A DNA stretch of 63,011 nucleotides, the filler included, from Octopus bimaculoides (lineage: Eukaryota), in the NCBI RefSeq assembly GCF_001194135.2. It is 6 parts of 6 records of this genome, joined end to end, with 100 filler letters (N's around TTAATTAATTAA, not from the genome) between each part and the next. Parts side by side here need not be neighbours in the genome. Positions count along the whole stretch, not along the records: positions 10,035 to 28,827 come from NC_068982.1; positions 28,928 to 37,087 come from NC_068995.1; positions 37,188 to 40,752 come from NC_068997.1; 3 more parts are not named here. One strand, given 5' to 3'. Below are positions 23,771 through 37,766 of this stretch, piece by piece (the first letter of the stretch is position 1; every line of letters starts with the position of its first letter). The translations under genes and the position numbers were made by a program. The notes below the pieces were generated by a model. It did not search any database and was not told where the DNA came from. It saw only the letters and a program-made list of their open reading frames with translations.

Positions 23771-25998
23771 TTGTGATGTTACTACAGCTGTATCCAGGGA
23801 CCCTTCGGTTTAACTAGAACTATATTTAAGAAGCCACTCCTAAGCCATCTCCCAACTTGATAGAAATAGAAACCAAATCACGCCGCTAGGAATGAAGGTA
23901 CGCCAGACATTGTCGTTTTAGATATACTATAACTGAATATAAGAGGAGATAATCAAGCCTAGACAATCTTTGATCACAGTTTATTTTACTCAAAACTAAT
24001 TAAATTGCAGCAGCAGCTCCACTACTTATGCCCACGACCACTACTACTCGTATCATCACGTTACGACCACTTAGTATATATAAACATGTCAATAGTTGTC
24101 TTTTGCTCTTGGAGGGATCAAACATTCCTTAGAGCGCTGTAAGTTAACTTTGGTAGAGTAAAGGGAGAGTCATATGATCACATAGAGAATCGATCCTTAT
24201 CTGTGTTTTTAAGACCCAAAACATCACTAACCCATATGAATACTGCACAGATGTGGTTCCCTACATGAATGCTAAAGGTGTCGTTTGCAGCTGGACAAAT
24301 AAATATCGTAGTCCGTAGATAAAAAAAAAAAAAAGAACAGAAAAAAACTACGCGGAAGTTTCTCAACAACATATGGAGACATCAGTTTCAGTTCCTTCCT
24401 TTTAATTTTCTCGTTATATCATTGACTAGAAGATTAAAAGGAAGAAACCAAGAGAAGTTACTTGATGGATTAACTCACTGGCGTCATTCTGAAGCCAGCT
24501 TGTAAGCCCAATAGCGTGCTAACTCGTGTGTAAAACAGAGAGGCATAGAAGTCTATGATCGCTAATGCCCGTAGGCAAGGCATGACACAAAGACTCATCC
24601 CACTTTTATATGTTAGTCTCTCAGCAACTGTAGCTAAATTATTGTTTTGCTTTCCCTAATGGAAAGGGAAATATTAGTTAATAATTTATAAAGATCGTCA
24701 TTTAGCACACGACAGTATTTCACTTACGACTCTGAAACACTGGTGGTGTTAACTTTTTAGCGAGTTGGTTGTTGTATGAAATGTAATTTAAAGTCTGATA
24801 ATTTAATGTATTTTGATTAAAATAAGTCAGGACAAATGTAAATAAGAAAATACTAAGGCTAGTTAAAATTTACCGCACTGCAACATTTATTTCCGTCGAT
24901 AAAGAGAATACATCAACTGGCACAACGAAGAAAACTTGGACAAAAACTTTGCATGATTTCACAATGTTTCTCAAAGTTAAAGTTAAATGTTAAAAGAAAC
25001 AGAAAACATAGCGTCAAATGTTCTGATTACAAATCTTGCTGAAAACTGCAAATTGGTAAAAAAAACTGATCTCATATCGAAGATCAAAGCTCGCTCGTAG
25101 CAAACTCACCTCCCTGAGGAATCAGCGGGAAAATCGTTCCTTAAATAGCTGATGTAGAGACGATAGACCTGTCTATCACGTTAAGAGGTAGATAGTCCGT
25201 GTAAACCTAAATTAACTTGACCATCACGTGATGAACCAAAAATACGTAGCTAAAAGTAAGAAGCCACAATGTCGGTAGCTAAAGGTAAAGAGCGATCATG
25301 CTTCAGCAGCAACTTCTTTAACCAGCATAGTGGAACGACTAAATTGTTTTTGGTTAGCCATAGTTCATTCCAGATCAAGCAAGCATATAATCTTCAAAGG
25401 TGCTTCATGAATGACCAGCCCATTTTGTTTTCTAGGCACAATATATTCAGTATGTCTGCTTGTAGGATACGAAAGTATGATTTGAGAGGGATTGGGTGCT
25501 ATTTTCAGCATTTCGGGTTGTTATATTGAGGCGCTGTGTGTCGATTGGTGGATAATTGAATTGTAGCCAACAGCAATCATGCTGTGTCCTGGGTTCAAAT
25601 TTATTCTATTATTTATATTTGTGGACTGAACTTAAGTGACGGCAACAAAAATGGCCGAAACATCTTCACCAAGTGAAACAAAATATATGAAAGACGTTGT
25701 ATATACAAATTTTATGTGTTACCGCATTCATATTGCATACAGACGTAACTCCGTCAAAATACGGCACACACACATATGCATAAATATCAAAACTCATTCC
25801 CACTCCACACACACACACACACACACACGCATATGCACACATAAACACACGAACACACCACACGCACACATACACATACATGTACGCACACATATATATG
25901 TATATATTTCAATCTTTGTGTGTATATATATGTGTGTGTGTGCGTGCACAGACACATAATGCCTTAGTCTATGAATTGACATATACATATATATACAT

Positions 25999-26040
<42 letters not shown>

Positions 26041-26537
26041 GTGTATGTGTATGTATCTATGTGCGTGTGTGTTTGTGTGTGTACATGTGCTGCATTGTGT
26101 TGGATGGTGCCAATTATAATTAGTAAATATGCAGAAACATAGCACACATATACAAACAACAAACAGACACACACACACGCACGCACACACACACATACAC
26201 ACACAAGAATAATCAACACATGAGACATTCCCTCATGTATTGCTTAATTAAAGTTTTAAAGTTTCTTACTAATAATAGACGACACACATTCATACTAAAC
26301 ACTTACACATAACATACCCACGCTCATACATTTAAACGCTTGCAATAAATACACTCAAAGCACACAACTGCAGATTTAAACTTAAATACATATACACACA
26401 TTCACGCACATATGCATATGGTGGCGCACTTAAACACAGGCATACGTATGAACATGTATTTCAATCATATGAAACTTTACTGCGGCCTGCGGTCATTGGC
26501 ATATCAATCAGTCTATCTATTTATGTATCTATCTATC

Positions 26538-26593
<56 letters not shown>

Positions 26594-26720
26594 GTATATC
26601 TATCTATCTATCTGTATATCTATCAGATCNNNNNNNNNNNNNNNNNNNNNNNNNNNNNNNNNNNNNNNNNNNNNNNNNNNNNNNNNNNNNNNNNNNNNNN
26701 NNNNNNNNNNNNNNNNNNNN

Positions 26721-26766
<46 letters not shown>

Positions 26767-26833
26767 ATGTGTTTGTCTGTCTGTCTCTCTATTTGTCCGT
26801 CCTTCTGTCTGTCTGTCTGTCTATCTGTCTGTT

Positions 26834-26873
<40 letters not shown>

Positions 26874-28524
26874 AACCTATGTATGTATGTATGTGTGTAT
26901 GTATGTATGTATCTATCTATGTATGTATCTATCTATCTATATTATTTATCAATATAGACATAGGTATAACTATTTGCCATATAAGATGTAAATTATAATT
27001 ACGTACAGACAAATACACACACGTATATACGTGAACCTATATGGGTGTGTGCGTACGCGTCAGAGCTAGCGTATATGTGATTGTGTGTATGTGTGAGTGT
27101 ATCCATGTGTGCTATACAGGATTTACGCATGCGTGTGTTATTGCACCTGGTATTATGCTAATATTTCCTTTGATCTCGGTCAGGTCACAAGGACAAAGAA
27201 TGCACCAGGTGCATTTATTACAGCGAATTCATAGCTCATAATCAACCTTTCTGAGTGAGGGAGCGTTTGGCAAATATCAAAGAATGGAAGCTTTAAAAAC
27301 AATATTTTATATGCCATTTGATATGTTTTGTTGTGAGTTGTCGTACTAACATTAGAGGTAGGAATGATATTAAACTTAGTTCTATGTTTGGAGTATTTCT
27401 GACTCCATATTGTGTGTTTAATGTTTGGCAAGGCAATTTTATAATACGTAGTTAGTTGATGTAGAGCAAGTAGGTTTGTATACATTTTTCAGTCGTTGTG
27501 TGTTTCATGTTTATAATGTGAATATGTATATATGGAGATGTAAATATATTTATGAATAACATGTAAATATATTATGGGCACTAATATGTGAATTACTATA
27601 TTGTTTTCTATCGTTTCTCGAGACCCACGTGGCAAGAGCTTCGCATTTTCAAAGTATTCGAAGTCCCTGAATCTAGCTCCGGTCCCTAACAGGTTGACTC
27701 CTCCAGATGCTGCTGGAACATATTTTACTAGAACGGGAAGAACAGTTCTTTACTCAAGGTGAAGAGGTCTGAGAATCGAACCCACTAGCCAATGGTTGTG
27801 AGCCAAACACACTAATCCCTATTATACATGTCCTCACGGTTGATTATTTTACATAATGTAGTTGAGATTTTCATCAAGTAGTTTGATGGATCGAACTCAT
27901 CAAACTAGCCAACATAATGCCAACTATAACAATTGCATTATGTATCCAAGTGACGCTGTCATGGTATCAAATATTACACACATTTCACATATAAAATAAT
28001 CTACAAGATCTCTCACATCTTAGAGAAGGTAAGACAAATTACCATTGTAGAATATCATTTATTGCAGTGGAATTGTTTCAGTTTGATAATTCTTAATACA
28101 ATGTATTAATAAGAAGTGAATGAAAAGTGAATATAGCTATCTCTGTGTGTTGGTGAATAGCTAATGCGGCTCTCCCACGATATAATTGTATCAGTATGAA
28201 CGCACGATCTCAGGTCAAGTTACAATTCCAAAATTAATTAAATAATTAATTAATTAACTGTTAATGAGAGAGGGTTAATGGGGTTAGTATTAATGAGGTT
28301 AGTATTAATGTGGTTAGTATTATTAATGTAGTTAATCAACAAAATGAAATGGTTTACACTATTTTGCTTAGTGGCGAACGCTTATTGATTAAATAAATAT
28401 CTGTAGACACATAACCATGCATTTCCTTGTGTTCATTGTATCCAACTGATGAAATAAGATTTTAAGTCAACAATATTTATTATATACACACACACGCTCA
28501 CATACAGATGCATATGTGTGTGTT

Positions 28525-28565
<41 letters not shown>

Positions 28566-30052
28566 TACATTATATTATATTATATAACTTTTCAAATTTC
28601 TGGATGTTGCTGTTTTATGAAGCTTTCCTATATTGTCGTTGAAAGCTCGAAATAGGGAGTAATGAACAGTCAACAACTGAGAAAGGCTAGACTTCTTGTG
28701 GTATTTTTCTCGTACTTCTCTCTCATTATGTGTTTACATATTTTTCACTCGTTGTTTTAGTCCTATACTTCATGTATTTTATATGTATATGTATATATAC
28801 ATAGATACATATATATATATATATATANNNNNNNNNNNNNNNNNNNNNNNNNNNNNNNNNNNNNNNNNNNNTTAATTAATTAANNNNNNNNNNNNNNNNN
28901 NNNNNNNNNNNNNNNNNNNNNNNNNNNATATATGTATATATATAAGAACGATAAGAAATAGAGCAATAAAGAATGAGAAGTGTATCGTTGGTGTTATAAA
29001 GTCATTTTCTAATCAAGAAGAGAGTATGCTTACAGGTGTTTCAGTATATCAAGCTGGGGTAAATTTGTATTTACCTCGTTGCAATTGATAGACATCATCC
29101 GAACGATTATATGGCAAATATAAATAGAAGGTACATAGAATGAAAATATGAGGAAGAGAAGGAAAAAAAGGATACATCTATCCCTTAGATGGTTACATTA
29201 CCTCTAGCTTATAGCTTACACAATATATATGTATATATATATATATATATATNNNNNNNNNNNNNNNNNNNNNNNNNNNNNNNNNNNNNNNNNNNNNNNN
29301 NNNNNNNNNNNNNNNNNNNNNNNNNNNNNNNNNNNNNNNNNNNNNNNNNNNNNNNNNNNNNNNNNNNNNNNNNNNNNNNNNNNNNNNNNNNNNNNNNNNN
29401 NNNNNNNNNNNNNNNNNNNNNNNNNNNNNNNNNNNNNNNNNNNNNNNNNNNNNNNNNNNNNNNNNNNNNNNNNNNNNNNNNNNNNNNNNNNNNNNNNNNN
29501 NNNNNNNNNNNNNNNNNNNNNNNNNNNNNNNNNNNNNNNNNNNNNNNNNNNNNNNNNNNNNNNNNNNNNNNNNNNNNNNNNNNNNNNNNNNNNNNNNNNN
29601 NNNNNNNNNNNNNNNNNNNNNNNNNNNNNNNNNNNNNNNNNNNNNNNNNNNNNNNNNNNNNNNNNNNNNNNNNNNNNNNNNNNNNNNNNNNNNNNNNNNN
29701 NNNNNNNNNNNNNNNNNNNNNNNNNNNNNNNNNNNNNNNNNNNNNNNNNNNNNNNNNNNNNNNNNNNNNNNNNNNNNNNNNNNNNNNNNNNNNNNNNNNN
29801 NNNNNNNNNNNNNNNNNNNNNNNNNNNNNNNNNNNNNNNNNNNNNNNNNNNNNNNNNNNNNNNNNNNNNNNNNNNNNNNNNNNNNNNNNNNNNNNNNNNN
29901 NNNNNNNNNNNNNNNNNNNNNNNNNNNNNNNNNNNNNNNNNNNNNNNNNNNNNNNNNNNNNNNNNNNNNNNNNNNNNNNNGTTTGATTTTGAATCCAATT
30001 TTAATGCTTTCTCCTTGTAATATTAGTTTTCATATCGTACGATTAATAATGG

Positions 30053-30250
30053 TTAGAACTGGCAGAATCGTTACCGTTTTGGACAAAATGCTTATCGGAA
30101 TTACGTTCTGAGTTGAAAATTCCACCGAGCTAAATTTTGTCTTTCATCGTTTCAGATGAGCACCGAAATCGCTATCATTGTCAAGCACCATCCTCACCCA
30201 AAATTTCACGCCTTGTCCCTATACTAAAAAGATTATTATTATTATTATTA

Positions 30251-30287
<37 letters not shown>

Positions 30288-30290
30288 TAT
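30053..30290 (+). mobile_element. SINE family B, degenerate
   Basis: ctggcagaatcgtta head, ttctgagttgaaaattccaccgag, (ATT)n tail. Confidence 0.75.
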
Positions 30291-30682
30291 TATTTCTGTC
30301 TATCCATACATCTCCCTTTCTCTCAATCTCTGCTTGTATGTAAAATCTCATCCGGTTTAACATCACTGCTTGATCCTTAGATTAGTTTAGCATTGACGGA
30401 GTACACACTATTGTAAGGATATATAGACAGGTCAGGCGTTTCCTTTCTCCTTCCTTCCCACCAATCTTTAGAAGCCCAGTAAAGGATTGTGTCTCATACA
30501 CTTCTTTACAAAGTAATCGACGAAAAAATTTTATACGTCATAGTATTGGTGCATATCGTTTAGTAGGATACAGTGTAGATATATGATGGTGGAGTTGAGA
30601 AGAGGATCAATATCGTAATGTGCAAAATTGTGTTGAAAAAGATATTCGAATATATATATAGAATTATTTCATCTCGTTTCAG

Positions 30683-30739
30683 ATGCATTCAGGAGAAGAG
30701 CCAACATCACCTAGTACAATTATAGACTATGAATACAAG
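30683..30739 (+). CDS. Exon of a probable TRPC-like channel gene
   Basis: Acceptor tttcatctcgtttcag, donor AAG|GTAGGT, 57 nt. Only phase 0 is open: MHSGEEPTSPSTIIDYEYK. Confidence 0.65.
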
Positions 30740-31510
30740 GTAGGTGTCATTTTGAAGCTCATCATGAAAAATGCACCGATAAGAGCGTGTGGGTATATAC
30801 AAATATATATGTGTGTGTGCGTGTGTGTATGTATATATGTATATATATATATATATATATATNNNNNNNNNNNNNNNNNNNNNNNNNNNNNNNNNNNNNN
30901 NNNNNNNNNNNNNNNNNNNNNNNNNNNNNNNNNNNNNNNNNNNNNNNNNNNNNNNNNNNNNNNNNNNNNNNNNNNNNNNNNNNNNNNNNNNNNNNNNNNN
31001 NNNNNNNNNNNNNNNNNNNNNNNNNNNNNNNNNNNNNNNNNNNNNNNNNNNNNNNNNNNNNNNNNNNNNNNNNNNNNNNNNNNNNNNNNNNNNNNNNNNN
31101 NNNNNNNNNNNNNNNNNNNNNNNNNNNNNNNNNNNNNNNNNNNNNNNNNNNNNNNNNNNNNNNNNNNNNNNNNNNNNNNNNNNNNNNNNNNNNNNNNNNN
31201 NNNNNNNNNNNNNNNNNNNNNNNNNNNNNNNNNNNNNNNNNNNNNNNNNNNNNNNNNNNNNNNNNNNNNNNNNNNNNNNNNNNNNNNNNNNNNNNNNNNN
31301 NNNNNNNNNNNNNNNNNNNNNNNNNNNNNNNNNNNNNNNNNNNNNNNNNNNNNNNNNNNNNNNNNNNNNNNNNNNNNNNNNNNNNNNNNNNNNNNNNNNN
31401 NNNNNNNNNNNNNNNNNNNNNNNNNNNNNNNNNNNNNNNNNNNNNNNNNNNNNNNNNNNNNNNNNNNNNNNNNNNNNNNNNNNNNNNNNNNNNNNNNNNN
31501 NNNNNNNNNN

Positions 31511-31574
<64 letters not shown>

Positions 31575-31929
31575 CATATATATATATATGATTATATATC
31601 CGAAGTCAGTTGTAGACACACACAATACAATACATTAAGAACGAAGTGACATTGGCTGATGTACAAACGTACATATTAAGTGGATTAAAATAGAATTCTG
31701 AGGATTGCGGCAAGCAACAAAGAGAAAAAAAAAGGAAAAATAATAAAAGAAACTAGAAAATAATAGAAAAGAAAACTAAAAAAAATTTGAAAAAAACACA
31801 GAAGATCAAATATTGCCGTTTCTTTCAAAAACCAATTATGGCAATCTTAGAATCTTTAAACTATAGAAACCACTTTTTTTCACCAAGTACTTCGATATCT
31901 TTCTGTAATTCTTTACTCTTTCATTCCAG

Positions 31930-32005
31930 TCTACACTTCGCAAGGTGGTATTACGGTACATCCACAAAATGAAATATGATAAAAAAGGAGATGTCGTACG
32001 AGACG
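31930..32005 (+). CDS. Exon of a probable TRPC-like channel gene (C-terminal helix)
   Basis: Acceptor ctttcattccag, donor ACG|GTATGG, phase 0-1: STLRKVVLRYIHKMKYDKKGDVVRD. Resembles TRPC Y..vm..LV.RYi and bridges the phases of both neighbouring exons. Confidence 0.75.
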
Positions 32006-32133
32006 GTATGGTTTTAATACATTTTATTCAAAGAACAATTCACTTTTTGCAATAAAATTCCTTCAATAATAGCAACTGCAGTAGTTCACAACGACTAGAA
32101 TTATGTTTGTAATGGATACAGTGTCATTAGGCA

Positions 32134-32512
32134 ACGGTGTGGCTGTGTGGTAAGAAGCTTAATTTGCAGCAGTATGCTTCTAGGTTCAGTTCTACTGCAC
32201 AGCGTCTTGGGCAAGTGCGTATAACTACCGCCTCGATCCGACAAAAGCCCTCTGAATAGATGAGTGGATTTGATAGACGGAAACTGAAAGAAACCCGTGT
32301 GTGTGTCTTTGTGTCTGTGTTTGTTTTCCATCACCGCTCGACAACCGGTGCTGATGTGTTACGTCCCCGTAACTTAGTGGTTCGGTAAAAGTGACCGATA
32401 GAAAAAAGTACTAGGCTTACAAAGAATAAGTCCTGCGGTCGATTTGTTCGACTAAAAGGTGGTGCTCCAGCATGGCCACAGCCAAATGACTGAAACAAGT
32501 AAAAGAAAAAAT
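32134..32512 (+). mobile_element. SINE family A, intronic
   Basis: gtgtggctgtgtggtaagaagctt head, cttgggcaagtg, gacggaaactgaaagaa, conserved 3' module. Confidence 0.85.
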
Positions 32513-32573
32513 ATGTGTGTACATATACACATATACATCTCTCTTTCTCTCCCTCTCTCTGTCTCTGTCTGTC

Positions 32574-32658
<85 letters not shown>

Positions 32659-32759
32659 GGCATTGTATGTGTAGTGTGTCGTTTTGTTTGCGCTTCCTTG
32701 GCATCCTATTGTATTATATATTTTACAGTATTGTATTATATTCTTGTATTTATTTACAG

Positions 32760-33235
32760 ATATATTTGATACCAAAGAGGAGATTGTTGGTTACTTGATG
32801 AATGTCTTCAACAAGATTAGCAACCGCATGGAAAGCATCGAAAACAGTTTGGTGGGTATAGATACGAAACTCGCGATGGATGAATGCAACAATGGTCTAT
32901 TCCAACAGAATCAGAATTCCGATTTCTACAACTTTGACCTCGTGGTCGATGGCAAGAACTTATGTGATAACAACTCGCAAACACATTCCCCACCGCTCAT
33001 TGGGCGAAACCGGCAACCCAAAGAAAATCTCTCTGACAGTAGACAGTCTTTTACTACCGAAGCTCAATATCATGGTAATCCGCAAAAGGACTGGTATGAC
33101 CGAAGCCTGCGATTTGGCAGTTCAAAGAGTGACGGCAGGCCAAACAAAACTCATAAGCAAATGGACAGTGTCACAGAAAATGTAATTTCAAGATCTGTCC
33201 CATTACACAGTAAATATTTTAGTCATGAGGTATGA
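32760..33235 (+). CDS. Large exon of the same gene (coiled coil plus disordered tail)
   Basis: Acceptor tatttatttacag, phase 1, 470 nt open to GAG|GTATGA (33229) or stop at 33235: [31 protein letters not shown]...SHE(V*). Non-repetitive, protein-like composition. Confidence 0.8.
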
Positions 33236-34367
33236 TGGGACTTTTTTTCTGATATTTTGGGACTTCAGGAGTCATCATTTCCGTTAAATCTAAGAGCACG
33301 AGAAAAAGTAAAGTTTTGAGGAAGTCTTTTAAGGACTTTTGAAAACATGAATTGAAAATTCACTTCTCACCAGAGGCCCGTTTTACAAACCATGGCGAGT
33401 CGATAGATCAATTTGACCAAAATAAAACGGTCTCTATGAAATTGATCGTTGTCCGAATTGGCCAAAGGACTGGCCGAGTTTGTCACATTGATGTTGATAT
33501 AAACGAGCTAAAACGGGTGTGAAAAATACAACCTCTGTAATGAAATTTCTGTTTGCATACTCCAGATTATTTAAGTGAACACCTAAGAATAATTCACTTG
33601 TTTCGGTAATCTGCTGAGGATATTTTCACTGTACAGAGACAGATGTGCAGAGGTAACTTCACACCTAAGAAGGGAGCTACGTTCAGTTAGCTCTTAATTT
33701 GTACGAAACTACGTGATATCACTAAATATATTTCACTTATCTCCTCTCTTATATTTATTCAAAAATAATATTCAAAGATATTTCACCAAATTTCAACAGG
33801 TGATATCACACTAAATTTCGCCTAGAACATTTTTCGTGGAATAGCAAAGAAAATTTCCTGTAGTTGCGAACTTTTAGTGAAAAATTAATCTACAGAAATA
33901 TCTTCACTTTTGCTTCTTTGCTACAAAAAGTGATCTCGTATATTTCATGTTACACTTGAATCGCATTAAACAATTAATAATAGTTCATTTAGTTTAAATA
34001 AAAATTATAATAATATTATCATTATGTTTATTAATATTATTATTATTATCATCATAAAAAATAACAATAACCATGATGTTTTCAACCAATCTACTGCAAG
34101 TAAAGTAATTACCAATTAGTTCTGAAATACCATTCTCAAAACAACTTCCTAGAATTCACTACGAAAAACACCGAAAATCTGGATTTTATTTCCCAGAATA
34201 CGATTTCTTAAACATTTTCAGATCAGTTAAGGATCTCGTTACTTCTATTATTTTATCTAAAGAATCACGTCATTGATTTATATAAGTAGTTAATTAGAAG
34301 ATATCTTTTTAAACAATAATTAATGCAAATATCAAATTAGTGAATTTGAAAATAATATCTGGTAACT

Positions 34368-34408
<41 letters not shown>

Positions 34409-35930
34409 TTCTCTTTAAATATTCATAATATAAAATTTGGGTATGTTTTGCCAAAGTTTATTCAAGATCCTTGTAAGAAGAAAAATACGAAAAAACTAAG
34501 AAAGCAAAATATAAGTTCACTTTTGAAATTATTCTAATTCTAATGCAGAGGCTGGAAGAGAAAGTTTTAAAATATTACATTTGATTTATTGGTATTAAAT
34601 CCCTGCTTAAAACCGGGTTTTAAGTTATTCATTGGAAACAACAGCAATAGGAATTTGCAACATAATGGGTTTTTAAATTGTTATTGATTTTTAAAAATAC
34701 TTTATCATAACCTTTGTTTTATATATTTACACTTTTTTCTTTCAAATATACATATATATATATATACATATATATATTTCTTTGTTACACTGTTTTAATT
34801 ACTATATTTTTTGACCTATCTTAAAATATGAGTTAATCTGTGTTGTTATGAAGCCTACAACAGGGGGTAGTTTGGCTGTTTCTCTCCAGCTTTAATGTGA
34901 AAATTCTCTGTAGATATATATTTGTTTTACAGACAAAGTGACAGATGCTATGTTAAGCTGTAATCACATCACCGATATACACACTGAACTGATCCATTTT
35001 TAAATTATTTAAAATTGCAATATATCATGTGATTCCATTTCTACTTTCATTGTATAAAAGTTACTGGTTCAACAACAACAGCAGCAAAAACAACCACAAC
35101 AACAACAAATATGGTCCAGTTATCGTAGGATCCTTGCCTTTATTTCTTTATACAACACAATTAACACCAATCATTTTATTCCACCAGTTTATTGTTATCG
35201 TTATGATCATCCATATATTCTTAAGTGCTTTATTTGAAACTATATAAAATTTATACATGATTATGAAATTACGTACGGATGCACAAACGTCATTGAAAAC
35301 ATATCAGTTATTGGAGATAATGTCAAAATAATTATATTTCAAACCAGCATTTTCCTAGATTAAGATAATGACTAGTGCAAGACAATGATTCAAAGCGGTT
35401 AAAATATTTTATCAATAATATTCAGTTTTATGGAATCTTAAAATATGTAGCTTCTATCCTTTTGTTACGAAGAGATGTCAAAAATTTCGAAAAATTTCAA
35501 TGGAATATTTACATCCATAAAATGGATTTTTCATCAGCAGCAGATGTCTTAAATATGGCGATTATTATAGATATAAAGGTGGATATAGATTCTTTAATTC
35601 TTAGGTAATTATTATTGTGTGTGTTATTTGAATATTTAAAGAATTTTAAAAGAATTCAGATGATAAACTAACGACTGTATTATTGAAAATATTTTAAATT
35701 TCTTCCAGCAATATCTTCTTTGAAGCCATTATATATATATATATATATATATATACAAACATACATATTTACAAATAGAGATACACACATACACATATAT
35801 TATCATATTTATAGATAGAAATATATATGTACGTATATACTAATATGTAGCTAGAAATATATATAGCATATGCATACATACACACACACAAACACACATT
35901 CACACACACACACAAACATACACACACACA

Positions 35931-35962
<32 letters not shown>

Positions 35963-37430
35963 GTATNNNNNNNNNNNNNNNNNNNNNNNNNNNNNNNNNN
36001 NNNNNNNNNNNNNNNNNNNNNNNNNNNNNNNNNNNNNNNNNNNNNNNNNNNNNNNNNNNNNNNNNNNNNNNNNNNNNNNNNNNNNNNNNNNNNNNNNNNN
36101 NNNNNNNNNNNNNNNNNNNNNNNNNNNNNNNTATATATATATATATATTTATTAACACTCACATATACCTATGTAATCATAGGCATAAATAGGTTTTCTC
36201 TTTGTATGTGCGTGTGTTTATATTTTCTTGTGGTAAAAGTATGTTTACGAATGATACACATATTCTCGAGAAATAATTTAACATGCTACAGATGGTTTAC
36301 ATATGAGTGGAAACATTAGCAAAATATTGTAAATATTGCTGACGCCGTTAGAATATAAAAATTAGTTTCCTAAAAATGAATTTGAATAAAGTTTTCAAGA
36401 AACACGTGTAAAACATATTTTTCTTCATCAGTAAGAGACTATATAACTCAAGATATAATTGGTTTTACTATTATATATTTAATCATATTCTAAACAACAG
36501 GTTCTTTTTATTGTATTCATATACAACCTCCACTTAATTGCATTTGTCATTTACTTTATATTATACATATTGTTGTATTAACTGAAGCACTTCTGTGTCA
36601 CTTTCTAAGTCGTAGAAGTAGTTATGTCGATAATAAATTGCATAATTATATACAGAACAGTTTACATCCAAACGAAAAACACTTTACCAAACGATGGACA
36701 AAATCTAATAAGTGCCAAAATAGTGAAATTATTTATAAACTACTTATAAGAGTTATAACTTACATAAATCATACATTAGGCTGTAAATAAAACACATTTA
36801 TTTCTAAAACTTGTTCAACGAATATGGAAATTATATTTCGTATTACGATCTTCTTCCAAACAGAAATTTATCTCCTTTACAATTAAAATTCTAAGTTGCA
36901 ATATGCTGTACTATAAAACAATGGTTTATACATATACAATATATAATCTATATATAATACATACATATATATATACATACATATATATATATTCATTTAT
37001 GATATATATATACATATATATATATATTCATATGTATGCATATATATATATGTATATATATATATTAATATATACATGTATATATATNNNNNNNNNNNNN
37101 NNNNNNNNNNNNNNNNNNNNNNNNNNNNNNNTTAATTAATTAANNNNNNNNNNNNNNNNNNNNNNNNNNNNNNNNNNNNNNNNNNNNATTACAAGGAGAT
37201 CCACTTGCACCTTACTTACACATTTTTCTGGATTATGAAATGCGTATATTTCGACAAGAAAACTGATGCACTGTTAAAAAAAAAGGCTACTGTCTAGATC
37301 TATTGCTGCAATATTTCTTGCATTTAGCCTTTGTTGATGACGTTGCAATTTTAAATAAGTTCTTGGCAACTGAAACACAACAGATAAATTTTCAGAGTTC
37401 TATATTTAAGAGATGAGGAATTATGTACAT

Positions 37431-37766
37431 TATTTACATTATTTACATTTGACGGATATTTGTCCTCATCTTGTTTGTTGTTAACACAGCGCTTTGGTTG
37501 ATATGCCCACAGGCATATGGCATAGTGGTTAAGAGCGCGGACTACTAACCCCAAGATTCCGAGTTCGATTCCAGGCAGTAACCTGAATAATAATAATAAT
37601 AATGATAATAACAACAACATTGAAAAATGCCTTAGAAATGAGAACCCAGGTTCGAAATTTCCCCCAAGACACCGGATGAAAGCTGGAGCGTATATCAGCC
37701 GAAACGTTGTGTTAACAACAAACAAGATGAGGACAAATATCCGTCAAATGTAAATAATGTAAATAA
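37431..37766 (+). mobile_element. tRNA-headed element with a hammerhead motif and an inverted 5'-truncated copy
   Basis: Inverted arms 37431-37504 and 37692-37766; A-box TGGCATAGTGG (37518-37528); B-box GTTCGATTCC (37563-37572); (AAT)n linker; hammerhead-like motif 37668-37713. Confidence 0.8.
37668..37713 (+). ncRNA. Minimal type I hammerhead motif, mutated
   Basis: GACAC CGGATGA AAGCTG-gagcgtatat-CAGCC GAAA CG TT GTGTT: stem I GACAC/GTGTT, palindromic stem III AACGTT, core U4 changed to G. Confidence 0.7.

Noticed and set aside
25625-25680. ggc...gccgaaacat hammerhead-like 3' half after a B-box-like motif; similar hints at 18725 and 28615
   Set aside because: No CTGANGA core at the right spacing and no stem I.
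37512-37580. tRNA gene call
   Set aside because: A- and B-boxes are present, but the acceptor and anticodon stems do not close and there is no T-run terminator; treated as a SINE-type head.
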